Shown here: positions 18,820-28,753 of the stretch, one piece after another
How positions within the stretch are numbered: the first letter of the stretch is position 1
How the letters are laid out: every line of letters begins with the position of its first letter
Assembly (NCBI GenBank): GCA_965199955.1
Contig: CBDATQ010000001.1
Span: 256,001-320,000, forward strand
DNA from: Spirochaetia bacterium
GTDB taxonomy: Bacteria > Spirochaetota > Spirochaetia > SZUA-6 > Bin103
Reading direction: 5' to 3'
DNA: 64,000 nt
Notes under the pieces: model-generated
The model's database searches: none
Told to the model about the DNA's origin: nothing
The model's input: only the letters and a program-made list of their open reading frames with translations
Made by a program: the position numbers and the translations under genes

Positions 18820-19718
18820 GCGCCGCCCTCGTCGCGGGCGAACCACCGCACCGGATGCGCCGATTCGCGCTCCCGGAACGCTCCGGTCGCCGGCTCCACC
18901 AGCCGCTGCTGCACGCGCCCGTCGGTGCCGGCCAGCAGCCAGCCGAAGTCCCAGCCTCCCGACCGGTAACGCAGCGGGACCGCTGGCGCGACCCGTACCA
19001 GCGGATGCGTCCCGGCCACCACCGTGCCCGACTGCGTCATGTGCCAGCTCGCCCCGACGTGCACGAACACCTCGTGCGGCGTGGCGTCTCCCAGGTCCGC
19101 GCACAGGCCGCTGACGGCCACCTTGAGCTCAAGGCCTTGCTGCAGCGCCTCGCCCAGCGCCTCGACCGAGCCGGAGCGCACGGCGCCGCGCTCGTCGTGC
19201 GCCAGCACTTCGCGCCAGCGTTCGCTGACGCAGAACCGGTAGCGGTCGAACCGGTACACGAAGTTGTGGCTGGGAGCCCGCGTCCCCTGGTCATGGGCGT
19301 CGAGCACTCGATACTTGATCGGCCACGCGCCCTGCCCGGCGGGCTCCGGCGCCGGGGCAGCGCTGTCGAGCCGTGGAGAGGCGCATGCCTGCGATCCGTC
19401 CTGGTTGTAGAGGAAGAATGACATGCGCGGCTCCGCTCCGAACGACACCGGCGTGATCGGCACCCGCCAGTTCATGATCGCCGCCACCCAGCGGTCGTCG
19501 AGCAGGTAGGTGACGCGGAACTCGGAGAGCTCGCGCACCGGCTCCGTGTTGGCCGACCCGGGCTCGATGTGCTCGTTCCAGGCGAACTCGGTGTAGATGC
19601 GCAGGTCGGCCCCGCGCCGTACCGTCGCCGCCAGCGCCGCCGGATCTCCCGCGACCGTGCGCCGGTCGGCGTCCAGCTCAAGCAGGCAGACGCCCGGGTC
19701 CGTCGGGCCGTCGGCCAT
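18792..19718 (-). CDS. hypothetical protein
   Basis: Protein-like composition from MADGPTD onward; possible internal duplication (LELDADRRTVAGD.AAL vs LAHDERGAVRSGS.EAL). Confidence 0.65.
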   Translation of the reverse strand: MADGPTDPGVCLLELDADRRTVAGDPAALAATVRRGADLRIYTEFAWNEHIEPGSANTEPVRELSEFRVTYLLDDRWVAAIMNWRVPITPVSFGAEPRMSFFLYNQDGSQACASPRLDSAAPAPEPAGQGAWPIKYRVLDAHDQGTRAPSHNFVYRFDRYRFCVSERWREVLAHDERGAVRSGSVEALGEALQQGLELKVAVSGLCADLGDATPHEVFVHVGASWHMTQSGTVVAGTHPLVRVAPAVPLRYRSGGWDFGWLLAGTDGRVQQRLVEPATGAFRERESAHPVRWFARDEGGAYGSRTASR

Positions 19719-20028
19719 CAGCGGTTTCTCAGCGCGTTCTCTCGTTCGCGGACTTCCACCAGCAGAGACTCCCGCGACGGTCGGATGGCGATGCGCTGCA
19801 ACTTCACCAGCATGAGCGCATCCTGCGCGCTCGGACAGCACGCTACAAGCACGGTGCGCGAGCGCTCACAGGCGCGGGACCGCCGCGGGCGACCTATACT
19901 GGAAACGACGAATGGAGCGATGGCAGCAGACGGCGAGCAGCGCGCCACCCTGTTCAGCGCAATGAGCCGGGGGCCGAGGTGCTCTCGCCGCAAGCCTGGG
20001 CGGAACGTTTCTATCCGGGAGAGGTCCG

Positions 20029-21819
20029 ATGACGCATGCACCGATCGCCGTGGTCACGCACCGCGACGACCCGAACCGGTTCCACCGCTACGTGGAGGAG
20101 ATCCTGCTGGCGGAAGGCTACCCGTGGTACCGGACGTACGACCTTGCCGACGGACCGCTGGAGGTGGACGCGTTGCGCGCCGCCGCGGTCGTCGTGGTCT
20201 GCGCCGTGACGCTCACCGCCGAGCAGGAAGACGAGATCGGCGCGCTGACAGCGGCCGGCGCGCGGGTGTTGCTGTTGCGCCCCGGCCACCGGCTTGCCCG
20301 CGCCTTCGGACTGGAGCCGTTCGAGGCGCTCGAGCCGCTGTCGTCCAGCGGCTGGCCGCAGGCCGGCGGACCGCTGATCCTGCGCGGCATGACCGACCGC
20401 TACGTGCAGGCCAACCCGGGCAACGCGCTGGCCGCGACACTGCCGGCGGCCGACCTGCAGTTCCACGAGCGCGCCGACCTGTACACGTGGCAGGGCGACG
20501 TCGCGGCGGTGGCGCTGTGGCTGGCCCCGTTCCTGGGGCAGCCGTCGCCGCACCCGGCCGTGGTCTGTACCCCGCACGGCGCCGGGCGGGCGGTCATCTA
20601 CACCTTCGACCTGGCCGCCTCCACCGTGCGCTTCCACCAGGGGCGCCCGGAACAGGCCAGCAACGGCGCCTACCCCGACTACGACGCCGACGGCATGTAC
20701 AAGGCCAACGACCTGTTCGTGGGCTGCCTGGACGAGCGGCTGATGGACCTTCCGCAGGCCGACCTGCACCAGGACCTGTTCGTGCGCGCCCTCCAGTGGC
20801 TGGCGCCCCATCCGCTGCCGCGCGTCTGGCACTACCCCGGGGACGCGCCGGCGGTGGCGCTGTTCGACGGCGACTCCGACGGCATGTCTCGGGAGCAGTA
20901 CGAGGCCACGATGGCCGTAGCCGACCGGCACGGCGTCCCCTACACCGTATACGTGATGAGTACCGACTACGGCGCGCTCTCGCCCGCGCGCCACGAGCAG
21001 ATCCGCGCCGCCGGGCACGGGGCCGGGCAGCACAACTGGAGCGGGCCGCGTCCCGAGCTCGAGGAGATGCGCGTGGGGCTGCGCGACCAGCTCGCCTCCT
21101 TCGAACGGCGCTACGGCTGCCGCGCGGTGAGCATCCGCGGCCACAGCACCATCTGGGTGGGCTGGACGGAGATGGCGCAGTACCTTGCCGCGGAGGGCAT
21201 CCGGATGGACGTGAACTTCGCGCCGATCCGTTACTTCGACCGCGGCTACCTGAACGGCAGCGGCCTCCCGGTCCGGTTCATGGACTCCGACGGCCGCTTC
21301 ATCGACCTGTACGAGCAGGTCACCATCTCCACCGACGACGGCTGGCGGACCGACAAGACGTTCCTGCCGGCCAGGTCGCTGGACGAGTGCATCGCCGACT
21401 CCCGGCGGCAGGCCGACGACGCGCGCGACCGCTACCACACCGTCTACCACCCCTACTTCCACCCGATCAGCCTGGACGCGCGCGGGCTGATGCCGTGGTT
21501 CGACGCGATGCTCGCCTGCACCGCGGACATCCCCCGCTTCTCCGACGTCGACTGGGTCGCCTTCAACGACGCCCGCCGGGCGCTGCGCCTGGAAGCGCTG
21601 GACTGGGACCCGCAGGCGCGAGCGCTCACCTTCGCCGTCCGTGCCGACGCCGCGGTCGACGGCGCCACGCTGGTGTTCGAAGGCGCCGCCGACTCCGCTA
21701 CGGTAGACGGCGAGCCGCTGCCGGTCACCTGCCGGGAACGGGAAGGCCGGGAGCAGTCGGCGCTGGTCGCCGAGCTGCCGCGCGGCGCGGTACGGCGCTT
21801 CAGCGTACGGTGGGGCTGA
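20029..21819 (+). CDS. hypothetical protein with GATase-like N-terminal region and polysaccharide-deacetylase-like C-terminal region
   Basis: GGAGAGG SD; DGDSD, GHGAGQH, RGH, YFHP motifs typical of the NodB/CE4-like fold. Confidence 0.6.
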   Translation: MTHAPIAVVTHRDDPNRFHRYVEEILLAEGYPWYRTYDLADGPLEVDALRAAAVVVVCAVTLTAEQEDEIGALTAAGARVLLLRPGHRLARAFGLEPFEALEPLSSSGWPQAGGPLILRGMTDRYVQANPGNALAATLPAADLQFHERADLYTWQGDVAAVALWLAPFLGQPSPHPAVVCTPHGAGRAVIYTFDLAASTVRFHQGRPEQASNGAYPDYDADGMYKANDLFVGCLDERLMDLPQADLHQDLFVRALQWLAPHPLPRVWHYPGDAPAVALFDGDSDGMSREQYEATMAVADRHGVPYTVYVMSTDYGALSPARHEQIRAAGHGAGQHNWSGPRPELEEMRVGLRDQLASFERRYGCRAVSIRGHSTIWVGWTEMAQYLAAEGIRMDVNFAPIRYFDRGYLNGSGLPVRFMDSDGRFIDLYEQVTISTDDGWRTDKTFLPARSLDECIADSRRQADDARDRYHTVYHPYFHPISLDARGLMPWFDAMLACTADIPRFSDVDWVAFNDARRALRLEALDWDPQARALTFAVRADAAVDGATLVFEGAADSATVDGEPLPVTCREREGREQSALVAELPRGAVRRFSVRWG

Positions 21820-21838
21820 TGGGCACGGGGGCCGGCCG

Positions 21839-22834
21839 ATGAGCTCGTTGCGCGACGTCCTGGCCTCCGACCGGGTGCTGCTCTACGACGGCGGCTTCGG
21901 GACGGAGCTGTTCGCGCGCGGCGTGGACCTGCCCAACAGCTCACTGGCCAACGAGCTCCATCCCGACGCGGTGCGCCAGGTCACGCGTGCCTACATCGAA
22001 GCGGGAAGCGACCTGGTGCAGAGCAACACCTTCGTGGCATCGCCGCTGCATCTGGCGATGGCCGGGCGCAGCGCCGAGGACTCCGCCGCGATCGTCCGCG
22101 CCGCGGTGCGGCTGGCGCGGGAGGCGGTCGAAGAGGGCGGACGGCCCGTGTTCGTCGCGGGCTCCATCGGCCCGTCGCCGGGCGCCATCGAGGCCGACGC
22201 GGGCGACACCACCTTCGGCATACCGGACGTCGAGGTGCGCGAGGCGCACCGCCTGGTGGCGGGGGCGCTTGCCTCGGCAGGCGCCGACCTGCTGTGCATC
22301 GAGACGATGTTCTCGGCCACCGAGGCGGCGATCGCGGTCGACGAGGCGCGTGCGTTCGGGTTGCCGGTCGCGGTCAACCTTACGCTCAAGTACACGCGTG
22401 ACCGCAAGAGCCGGGCGACCGTGTACCGCACCGACTGGGGACACTCGTGCGCCGACCTGCTGGACCTGCTGGCCTCGGGCGGCTACGCAGCCGACGGCGC
22501 CGACTTGCTGCCTTTCGTGGACGTGATCGGCGTGAACTGCGGCGCCGAGCAGCGCCGCGCGGAGCATACCGGGATGCCCTACGCGGCCGAGGCGATCCGC
22601 CAGATGCAGAGCGCCCTGGCCGAGCGCGGCATCGCCGGCAAGCGGCTGATGGCCTATCCCAACGCCGGCATGCCGAAGATCGTCGCCGGCGCCACCCACT
22701 ACGATCACACGCCCGGGCACATGGCCTCACACGCGCCCGAGGTGGTCGCCGCCGGCGCGTCGATCGTCGGCGGCTGCTGCGGCACCGGTCCGGAGCACAT
22801 CCGCGCCATGCGCACGGCGCTGGCCTCGGGCTGA
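21839..22834 (+). CDS. homocysteine S-methyltransferase family (stand-alone MetH N-terminal-like domain)
   Basis: LYDGGFGTEL, AGSIGP, IETM, GVNC, YPNAGMP, GGCCGTGPEHI. Confidence 0.88.
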   Translation: MSSLRDVLASDRVLLYDGGFGTELFARGVDLPNSSLANELHPDAVRQVTRAYIEAGSDLVQSNTFVASPLHLAMAGRSAEDSAAIVRAAVRLAREAVEEGGRPVFVAGSIGPSPGAIEADAGDTTFGIPDVEVREAHRLVAGALASAGADLLCIETMFSATEAAIAVDEARAFGLPVAVNLTLKYTRDRKSRATVYRTDWGHSCADLLDLLASGGYAADGADLLPFVDVIGVNCGAEQRRAEHTGMPYAAEAIRQMQSALAERGIAGKRLMAYPNAGMPKIVAGATHYDHTPGHMASHAPEVVAAGASIVGGCCGTGPEHIRAMRTALASG

Positions 22835-22923
22835 CCTCGGCCGCCCTGCACCGAAGCGGACGCCGCGCCCACGTGCGCGCCGCGTCCGCGTGAATCGGTG
22901 GCGCCGGGCTGCGCCCGGCTGCG

Positions 22924-23376
22924 TCAGCCTCCGCCGGGGCCGTGCTCACCGCCCGACTGAGGGCCGACCTCGGCGTGCGGGGTCCAGGCGGTGAAGCTCT
23001 GTCCCTCAGCGTCCAGCCGCACATCCATCGTCGCCCCGGCTGCCAGATCCCGCGGCGGCGTCGGGCCGAGCTCGACGCCGTTGTCCAGATGCACCTCGAC
23101 GCGTACCTGCTGCAGCGTCGCATCGGTGGTGTTCTCCACCGTGCCGATGAACGCCTGCGCCGTCGTGTCGTAGCTCATGATCAGCCGCGCGCCGTTGCGC
23201 ACCGTGTCGAACGTCTCGTCCAGCGCCAGCGCGGAGCCTCGCTCCTCGCCGCCGCCCTCGCCGCCTGCGCCATGCTCGCCGCCGCCTTCGCCGTTGCCGG
23301 AACAGCCGCCGATCGCGGCTGCCGACAGGAAGGCGACCAACGCCGCCGCCAGCATCATCCTCTTCGTGAAAAACAT
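22924..23376 (-). CDS. lipoprotein with FxLYD-like beta-sandwich and Gly/Glu/His linkers
   Basis: GGGAGG SD, lipobox IGGC, GTVENTT...VRVEVHL, GEHG motifs at both ends. Confidence 0.72.
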   Translation of the reverse strand: MFFTKRMMLAAALVAFLSAAAIGGCSGNGEGGGEHGAGGEGGGEERGSALALDETFDTVRNGARLIMSYDTTAQAFIGTVENTTDATLQQVRVEVHLDNGVELGPTPPRDLAAGATMDVRLDAEGQSFTAWTPHAEVGPQSGGEHGPGGG

Positions 23377-23410
23377 GGTTCCTCCCTGGGGTGTTGACCC
23401 CGGTCTCGTA

Positions 23411-23427
23411 TGAGACATCCTGTCTCA
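23411..23427. promoter_or_regulatory. perfect 7-3-7 palindrome TGAGACA-TCC-TGTCTCA, candidate operator
   Basis: Read directly; lies in the divergent gap between the lipoprotein and lysS, with an overlapping GTCTC-GTA-TGAGAC half-site set. Confidence 0.55.
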
Positions 23428-23496
23428 AAGAAACGTTCCGAGGCGACCGACTTGCCGCTCATGCGGCCGGTCCGACAGACTCCCGCTCCTATACCG

Positions 23497-25098
23497 ATGG
23501 CGAAGCAGTCGAAGGATGCCCTGCACTGGGCCGACGCCACCGCGGAGCGGATCGTCCGCCAGCGGGGGGAACGGGACCGCTACGTGCTGGCGGCCGGCAT
23601 CACCCCGTCCGGGATCGTGCACTTCGGCAACATGCGCGAGATCATCACCCCGGAGCTGGTCGCGCGCGCCCTGCGCCGGGCGGGCTGCGAGGTGCGCTTC
23701 ATCTACCTGTGGGACGACTACGATCGGTTCCGCAAGGTGCCCGCGAACCTGGCCGGCGACGGCTGGGAGCGCTACATCGGCGCGCCGCTCTCGGAGATCC
23801 CCGATCCGTACGGCTCTGCCGCGAGCTACGCCCGCCACTTCGCAGGCGTATTCGAACAGCAGATGGCCCGGCTGGGGATCGAGCCGGAGTGGATCTCGCA
23901 GGCCGAGATGTACTCAAGCGGCGCCTACGCCGAAGGGGTGCGCACCGCGCTGTGCCACCGGCAGACGCTGCGCGAGATCCTGGACCGGCAACGCACCACA
24001 CCGCTCGCGGCCGACTGGTGGCCGGTGGAGGTGTACTGCGCCTGCGGCGCCGGGGCGGCGGGCACCGCCGTGCTGAGCTGGGACGGCGACTACGGGCTGA
24101 CCTACCGCTGCGCGGCCTGCGACGCCGAGCGGACGGCCGACCTGCGGCGCGGGGACGGCGTGAAGCTGGGCTGGCGCGTCGACTGGCCGATGCGCTGGGC
24201 CCACCACGGCGTCGATTTCGAGGCGGCCGGCAAGGACCACCACACCGCCGGCGGGTCCTGGGAGACCGCTGCGCCGATCGCCGGCGAGGTGTTCGGCAGG
24301 CCGCCGCCGGCCACGCTCAAGTTCGACTGGATCAACGTCCGCGGCGTGGGCACCATGGCGTCGTCGAGCGGCCAGTTGATCTCGCCCGCCGACGCGCTGG
24401 CGGTCTATCAGCCGGAGGTCGTCCGCTACCTGTTCGCGCGCACGCGCCCCGACCGCGAGTTCGAGATCTCCTTCGACCTGGACGTGCTGAAGACCTACGA
24501 GGACTACGACCGGGCCGGGCGCGTGGGCCGCGGCACGGAACCGGCTGCGGAGCCACGGCGGATACGCGAAGGCCGTGCGATCGAGTTGAGCGAGGTCGAC
24601 CCGGACGCGCCGCTCCCGGCCGGGCAGGTCGAGGTCTCGTTCCGCCACCTGTGCAGCCTGCTGCAGATCCACGACGGCGACATCGAAGGGGTCGTGGCAA
24701 GCCTGCTGAACGATGGCGCCGGCAGTGACGCCGGCGACCGGCTGCAGGACCGCGCCCGTTGCGCCTGGCACTGGATCACCACCCATGCGCCCGAAGGATT
24801 CCGCTTTCGGCTGCGCGATCCGGGCGCGCCTCCGGTTCCGGTGAGCGCGCCGGTGGCCGCCGCCGTCGCCGGCCTTCGTGAGCGGCTGGCCACTGACTCC
24901 TCCGACGCGAAGGCGGTGAACCAGGCCATCTACGACGTGGCGGCCGCGCACGGCATGGAGGCGCGGAAACTGTTCGCGGAGCTGTACCGGGTCCTGATCG
25001 ACCAGGACCGCGGACCCCGCCTGGCCGAGTTCATCCTCACGATCGGCGTGTCCCGCATCGATTCGCTGCTGGCCAACGTCGCGGCACGCGATGGCTGA
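23497..25098 (+). CDS. lysS: lysyl-tRNA synthetase, class I
   Basis: HWAD, GITPSGIVHFGN, WDDYDRFRKVP, KLGWRVDWPMRW, GKDH, MASSSG, GPRLA. Confidence 0.95.
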   Translation: MAKQSKDALHWADATAERIVRQRGERDRYVLAAGITPSGIVHFGNMREIITPELVARALRRAGCEVRFIYLWDDYDRFRKVPANLAGDGWERYIGAPLSEIPDPYGSAASYARHFAGVFEQQMARLGIEPEWISQAEMYSSGAYAEGVRTALCHRQTLREILDRQRTTPLAADWWPVEVYCACGAGAAGTAVLSWDGDYGLTYRCAACDAERTADLRRGDGVKLGWRVDWPMRWAHHGVDFEAAGKDHHTAGGSWETAAPIAGEVFGRPPPATLKFDWINVRGVGTMASSSGQLISPADALAVYQPEVVRYLFARTRPDREFEISFDLDVLKTYEDYDRAGRVGRGTEPAAEPRRIREGRAIELSEVDPDAPLPAGQVEVSFRHLCSLLQIHDGDIEGVVASLLNDGAGSDAGDRLQDRARCAWHWITTHAPEGFRFRLRDPGAPPVPVSAPVAAAVAGLRERLATDSSDAKAVNQAIYDVAAAHGMEARKLFAELYRVLIDQDRGPRLAEFILTIGVSRIDSLLANVAARDG

Positions 25099-25816
25099 CC
25101 TGAAGGCCGAGATCGCCCGCGCGGCCGTAACGGCGCTGGTCCGCGACGGCCAGCGCCTGGGACTGGGGTCGGGCTCCACCGCGCTGGAAGTGATCCGCCG
25201 GGTCGGCGCCCAGGTCGCGGCCGGCCGCCTTTGCGGCCTGACCGTGGTGCCCACCAGCCGGCAGGCGCAAATCGCCTGCTGGGAGCTGGGGCTGTCGCCG
25301 GTGGGGCTGAGCGACCCGTCGGTGGGCGGCGAGGTGGACGTGCTGATCGACGGCGCCGACGAGGTGGACCCCGCCTGGCGGCTGACCAAGGGCGGCGGCG
25401 CGGCGCTTCTGACCGAGAAGATCGTCGCCGCCGTCGCGGCCCGCTACGCGGTCGTCGTGGACGACGGCAAGCTGGTCGACCGGCTCGGCACCCGGCGCCC
25501 GCTGCCGGTGGAGGTCGTCCCCGACGCCCTGGCCGTGGCCGAGCGGGCGCTCGCCCGGCTGGGACTTCCCGGAACGGTGCGCGAAGCGGTGCGCAAGGCC
25601 GGCCCGGTGATCACCGACCACGGCAACCTGATCATCGACGTGCAGCCGGCCGGCGCCTTCGACCCGGAAGCGGTCGAGCGCGAGCTCGCCACTGTGCCCG
25701 GCGTCGTCTGCGTTGGTATCTTCACGCGACCGGTGGACGATCTGTTCGTCGGCCGGAACGAAACCGACGTCACCCGGTACCGACCGGGGGAGGATGCACA
25801 TGCTGAGCGCAGGTGA
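25091..25816 (+). CDS. rpiA: ribose-5-phosphate isomerase A
   Basis: GLGSGST, DGADEVD, KGGGAALLTEKIV, TDHGN. Confidence 0.96.
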   Translation: MADLKAEIARAAVTALVRDGQRLGLGSGSTALEVIRRVGAQVAAGRLCGLTVVPTSRQAQIACWELGLSPVGLSDPSVGGEVDVLIDGADEVDPAWRLTKGGGAALLTEKIVAAVAARYAVVVDDGKLVDRLGTRRPLPVEVVPDALAVAERALARLGLPGTVREAVRKAGPVITDHGNLIIDVQPAGAFDPEAVERELATVPGVVCVGIFTRPVDDLFVGRNETDVTRYRPGEDAHAERR

Positions 25817-26258
25817 CCCCGCGCCCGACTTCTCGCTGCAGGACCAGGACGGCAACACCCACAGCCTGGCCGACTACGCGGGCCGGCAGCTTCTGATCTA
25901 CTTCTATCCGCGGGCCGACACCCCCGGATGCACCCGGCAGTCGTGCTCGGTGCGCGACCACGCGGCCGACCTGACCGCGAAGGGCATCGCCGCCGTCGGC
26001 GTCAGCCCCGACGGTCCGGCCGCGCAGAAGCGATTCGACGACAAGTTCTCGCTGGGCTTCCCGCTGCTCTGCGACACCGATCGCGCGATGATCGACGCCT
26101 ACGGCGCGTGGGGCGAGCGCACGGTGTTCGGCAAGACCGGCATGGGCCTGATCCGCTCGTCGTTCCTGGTCGGCGCCGACGGAACGTTGCGCGGCGCCTG
26201 GTCGCCGGTGACGCCGGAAGACACGGTCCCGAACGCGCTGGCGGCAGCCGGGGGGTAA
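25800..26258 (+). CDS. bcp: thioredoxin-dependent peroxidase Bcp/PrxQ
   Basis: YFYPRADTPGCTRQSC, GVSPD, RSSF. Confidence 0.92.
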   Translation: MLSAGDPAPDFSLQDQDGNTHSLADYAGRQLLIYFYPRADTPGCTRQSCSVRDHAADLTAKGIAAVGVSPDGPAAQKRFDDKFSLGFPLLCDTDRAMIDAYGAWGERTVFGKTGMGLIRSSFLVGADGTLRGAWSPVTPEDTVPNALAAAGG

Positions 26259-26264
26259 GCCACG

Positions 26265-27341
26265 TTGCACGCCGCCCTGCTCCTGTCCGGCGGCGTCGAC
26301 AGTTCGGTGGCGCTGGTACGGCTGCAGGAGTCGGGCGCCCGCGTCACCGCCTTCTACCTCAAGGTCTGGCTCGAGGAGGAGTTGGCCGGTCTGGGCGATT
26401 GCCCGTGGCAGGAGGACCTGGAATACGCGCGCGCGGTCTGCGAGCAGCGGCGCGTGCCGCTGCACGTGGTCTCCGTCCAGCAGGAGTACCTGGAGCGCGT
26501 GCTGGACTACGTCGTGCGCGAGCTCCGCGCCGGCAACACGCCCAGCCCGGACCTGATGTGCAACCGCCACATCAAGTTCGGAGTGTTCACGGAGCGCTTC
26601 GCGGACGGCTTCGACACGGTCGCCACCGGCCACTACGCGCGCGTGGTCGACACCGGCGCCGGCCCGCGGCTGCGCACCGCCCCCGACCCCGTCAAGGATC
26701 AGACCTATTTCCTGGCCTACGTGAGCGAACGGCAACTCTCGCGCGCGGCGTTCCCGATCGGGGATTCGCCGAAGGCCGGCATCCGCGCCGAGGCGGCCGC
26801 GCACGGCCTGCCGACCCGCGCGCGGCCGGACAGCCAGGGCATCTGCTTCCTGGGCCGGATCAGCTACCGCGACTTCGTGCGCCGGCGGCTGGGCGAGCGG
26901 CCCGGGCCGATCGTGGAGCGGGAGAGCGGCCGCCTGCTCGGCGAGCATCGCGGCCATCACTTCTTCACGGTCGGCCAGCGGCAGGGACTGGGACTGGGGG
27001 CCGGCCCCTGGTATGTCGTGGACAAGGACCCGTCCGGCAACCGGGTCACCGTCAGCCGCGCGCCGGCCGCGCACGCGGACGGCGCCTTCGGACTGACCGG
27101 CGCCAACTGGATCGGCGGCGACGCGCCGGCCGGGCGGGTACGGGTCAAGGTCAGGCACGGGCCGGCCTCGCACGCCTGCACGGTCACCCCGACGGCCGTC
27201 CCGGACCGGGTGGTCGTGCGCGCGGACAGCCCGCTCACCGTCGCTTCCGGCCAGTTCGCGGTGCTCTACGACGGCGAGGAGTGCCGGGGGGGCGGCGTCA
27301 TCGAACCGCTGGCCGCGGACCCGACGGATGGCGGCTCGTGA
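26265..27341 (+). CDS. mnmA: tRNA 2-thiouridylase
   Basis: SGGVDSS, PSPDLMCN, ATGHY, KDQTYFL, DSQGICF, TVGQRQG, GQFAV. Confidence 0.95.
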   Translation: MHAALLLSGGVDSSVALVRLQESGARVTAFYLKVWLEEELAGLGDCPWQEDLEYARAVCEQRRVPLHVVSVQQEYLERVLDYVVRELRAGNTPSPDLMCNRHIKFGVFTERFADGFDTVATGHYARVVDTGAGPRLRTAPDPVKDQTYFLAYVSERQLSRAAFPIGDSPKAGIRAEAAAHGLPTRARPDSQGICFLGRISYRDFVRRRLGERPGPIVERESGRLLGEHRGHHFFTVGQRQGLGLGAGPWYVVDKDPSGNRVTVSRAPAAHADGAFGLTGANWIGGDAPAGRVRVKVRHGPASHACTVTPTAVPDRVVVRADSPLTVASGQFAVLYDGEECRGGGVIEPLAADPTDGGS

Positions 27342-27354
27342 CCGCCGTGCCGGG

Positions 27355-28746
27355 ATGAACGGCCGAAGAGCGGGCAGAGTCACCCTGGTCGGCGCCGGTC
27401 CGGGCGACCCCGGCCTGCTGACCGAGCGCGGCCGGGCGGCGCTGATGGCGGCCGACGACGTGGTCTACGACGCCCTGGTCTCGGAGCGGATCGTCGCGTC
27501 CTGCGGCGCCCGGCGGCACTACGTCGGCAAGCGGGCCGGCGCTCAGGGGCAGCCGCAGGCAGATATCCAGGCGCTTCTGGTCCGGCTCGCCCGCGCCGGC
27601 CGTGCGGTCTGCCGGCTCAAGGGCGGCGATCCGTTCCTCTTCGGGCGCGGCGGTGAGGAGGTGGAAGCGCTGCAGCGCGCCGGCATCGACTACGAGGTGA
27701 TCCCCGGCGTGGCGGCCGCCCTGGGCGCCGCCGCCTACTGCGGCGTCGCGCTGACGCACCGGGAACGTTCCTCCTCCGTGGCGTTCTGCACCGGTCACGC
27801 CGAACCGATCCCGGTGCCGGCCGTGGACACCATCGTCTACTACATGGCGGCCGCGTCGCTGGCGCGGGTCGCCGGCGCGGTGCTGGATGCGGGGTGGCCG
27901 GCGGCAACCCCGGTCCTGATCGTCCGTGACGCGACGCTGCCGGGCCAGCAAAGCACGCTGACCAGCCTGGAGCTCATCCGCGCGGGTGAAGCCGCCGCCG
28001 CCTCGCCCAGCGTGATCGTCGTCGGAGGCGCGGCGGGGGCTCCATTCGACGCGGCGGAAGGCGGCTGGTACGCCGCCCGGCCCAAGGTACTGGTGACCGG
28101 GACGCGGACCGAACCGTTCGCGCACCTCGGAGAGCCGATCCATACCCCGCTCGTCGCTACCGAGCCCGCCGCCGACCGCGACGCGGTGCGGCAGGCGATC
28201 GACCGGCTGGAGGAGATCGACCACGTCGCCTTCACCAGCCGTCGCGCGGTCGGCTTCTTCCTCCGGGAGCTTCGCGCCGCCGGCCGCGACGCGCGCGCGC
28301 TGGCCGGCCGGACGATCGCCGCCGTCGGCGAAGCCACGGCCGCGGAGCTCTCCCGCCGGGGGCTGGCCGCCGACCTGACCGGGGCGGGCAACGGCGCCGC
28401 CGGGCTGCTGGCCGCCTACGCCGCGGCCGGCGTCAGCGGCGCGCGCATCCTGCTGCCGGCGTCGGACCTGGCCCGTGACACGCTGGCGGCCGGGCTGCGC
28501 GCCGCCGGCAACCGGGTCGACGAGGTGGCCGTCTACCGGACGGTGCCGCGCGCGGACGCAGCGCGCGAGAAGCTTGCCGGCATCTCGCTGGTGGCGTTCT
28601 CTTCACCGTCGGGCGTGGCCGCCTTCCGGGATCTCTACGGAGCGCGCCTGCCGGATCACCTGGAGCTCGTGGTGCTGGGTGAGCTGACCGCGCGCGCGGC
28701 CCGCGACGCCTACCCGGCGCATACGGTGCGCGGACTCGGGGGATAA
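27355..28746 (+). CDS. cobA: uroporphyrinogen-III C-methyltransferase / uroporphyrinogen-III synthase fusion
   Basis: VGAGPGDPGLLT, RLKGGDPFLFGRGGEE, followed by HemD motifs FTS, AVGEAT, VYRT, FSSPS. Confidence 0.9.
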   Translation: MNGRRAGRVTLVGAGPGDPGLLTERGRAALMAADDVVYDALVSERIVASCGARRHYVGKRAGAQGQPQADIQALLVRLARAGRAVCRLKGGDPFLFGRGGEEVEALQRAGIDYEVIPGVAAALGAAAYCGVALTHRERSSSVAFCTGHAEPIPVPAVDTIVYYMAAASLARVAGAVLDAGWPAATPVLIVRDATLPGQQSTLTSLELIRAGEAAAASPSVIVVGGAAGAPFDAAEGGWYAARPKVLVTGTRTEPFAHLGEPIHTPLVATEPAADRDAVRQAIDRLEEIDHVAFTSRRAVGFFLRELRAAGRDARALAGRTIAAVGEATAAELSRRGLAADLTGAGNGAAGLLAAYAAAGVSGARILLPASDLARDTLAAGLRAAGNRVDEVAVYRTVPRADAAREKLAGISLVAFSSPSGVAAFRDLYGARLPDHLELVVLGELTARAARDAYPAHTVRGLGG

Positions 28747-28753
28747 CGCCCTC

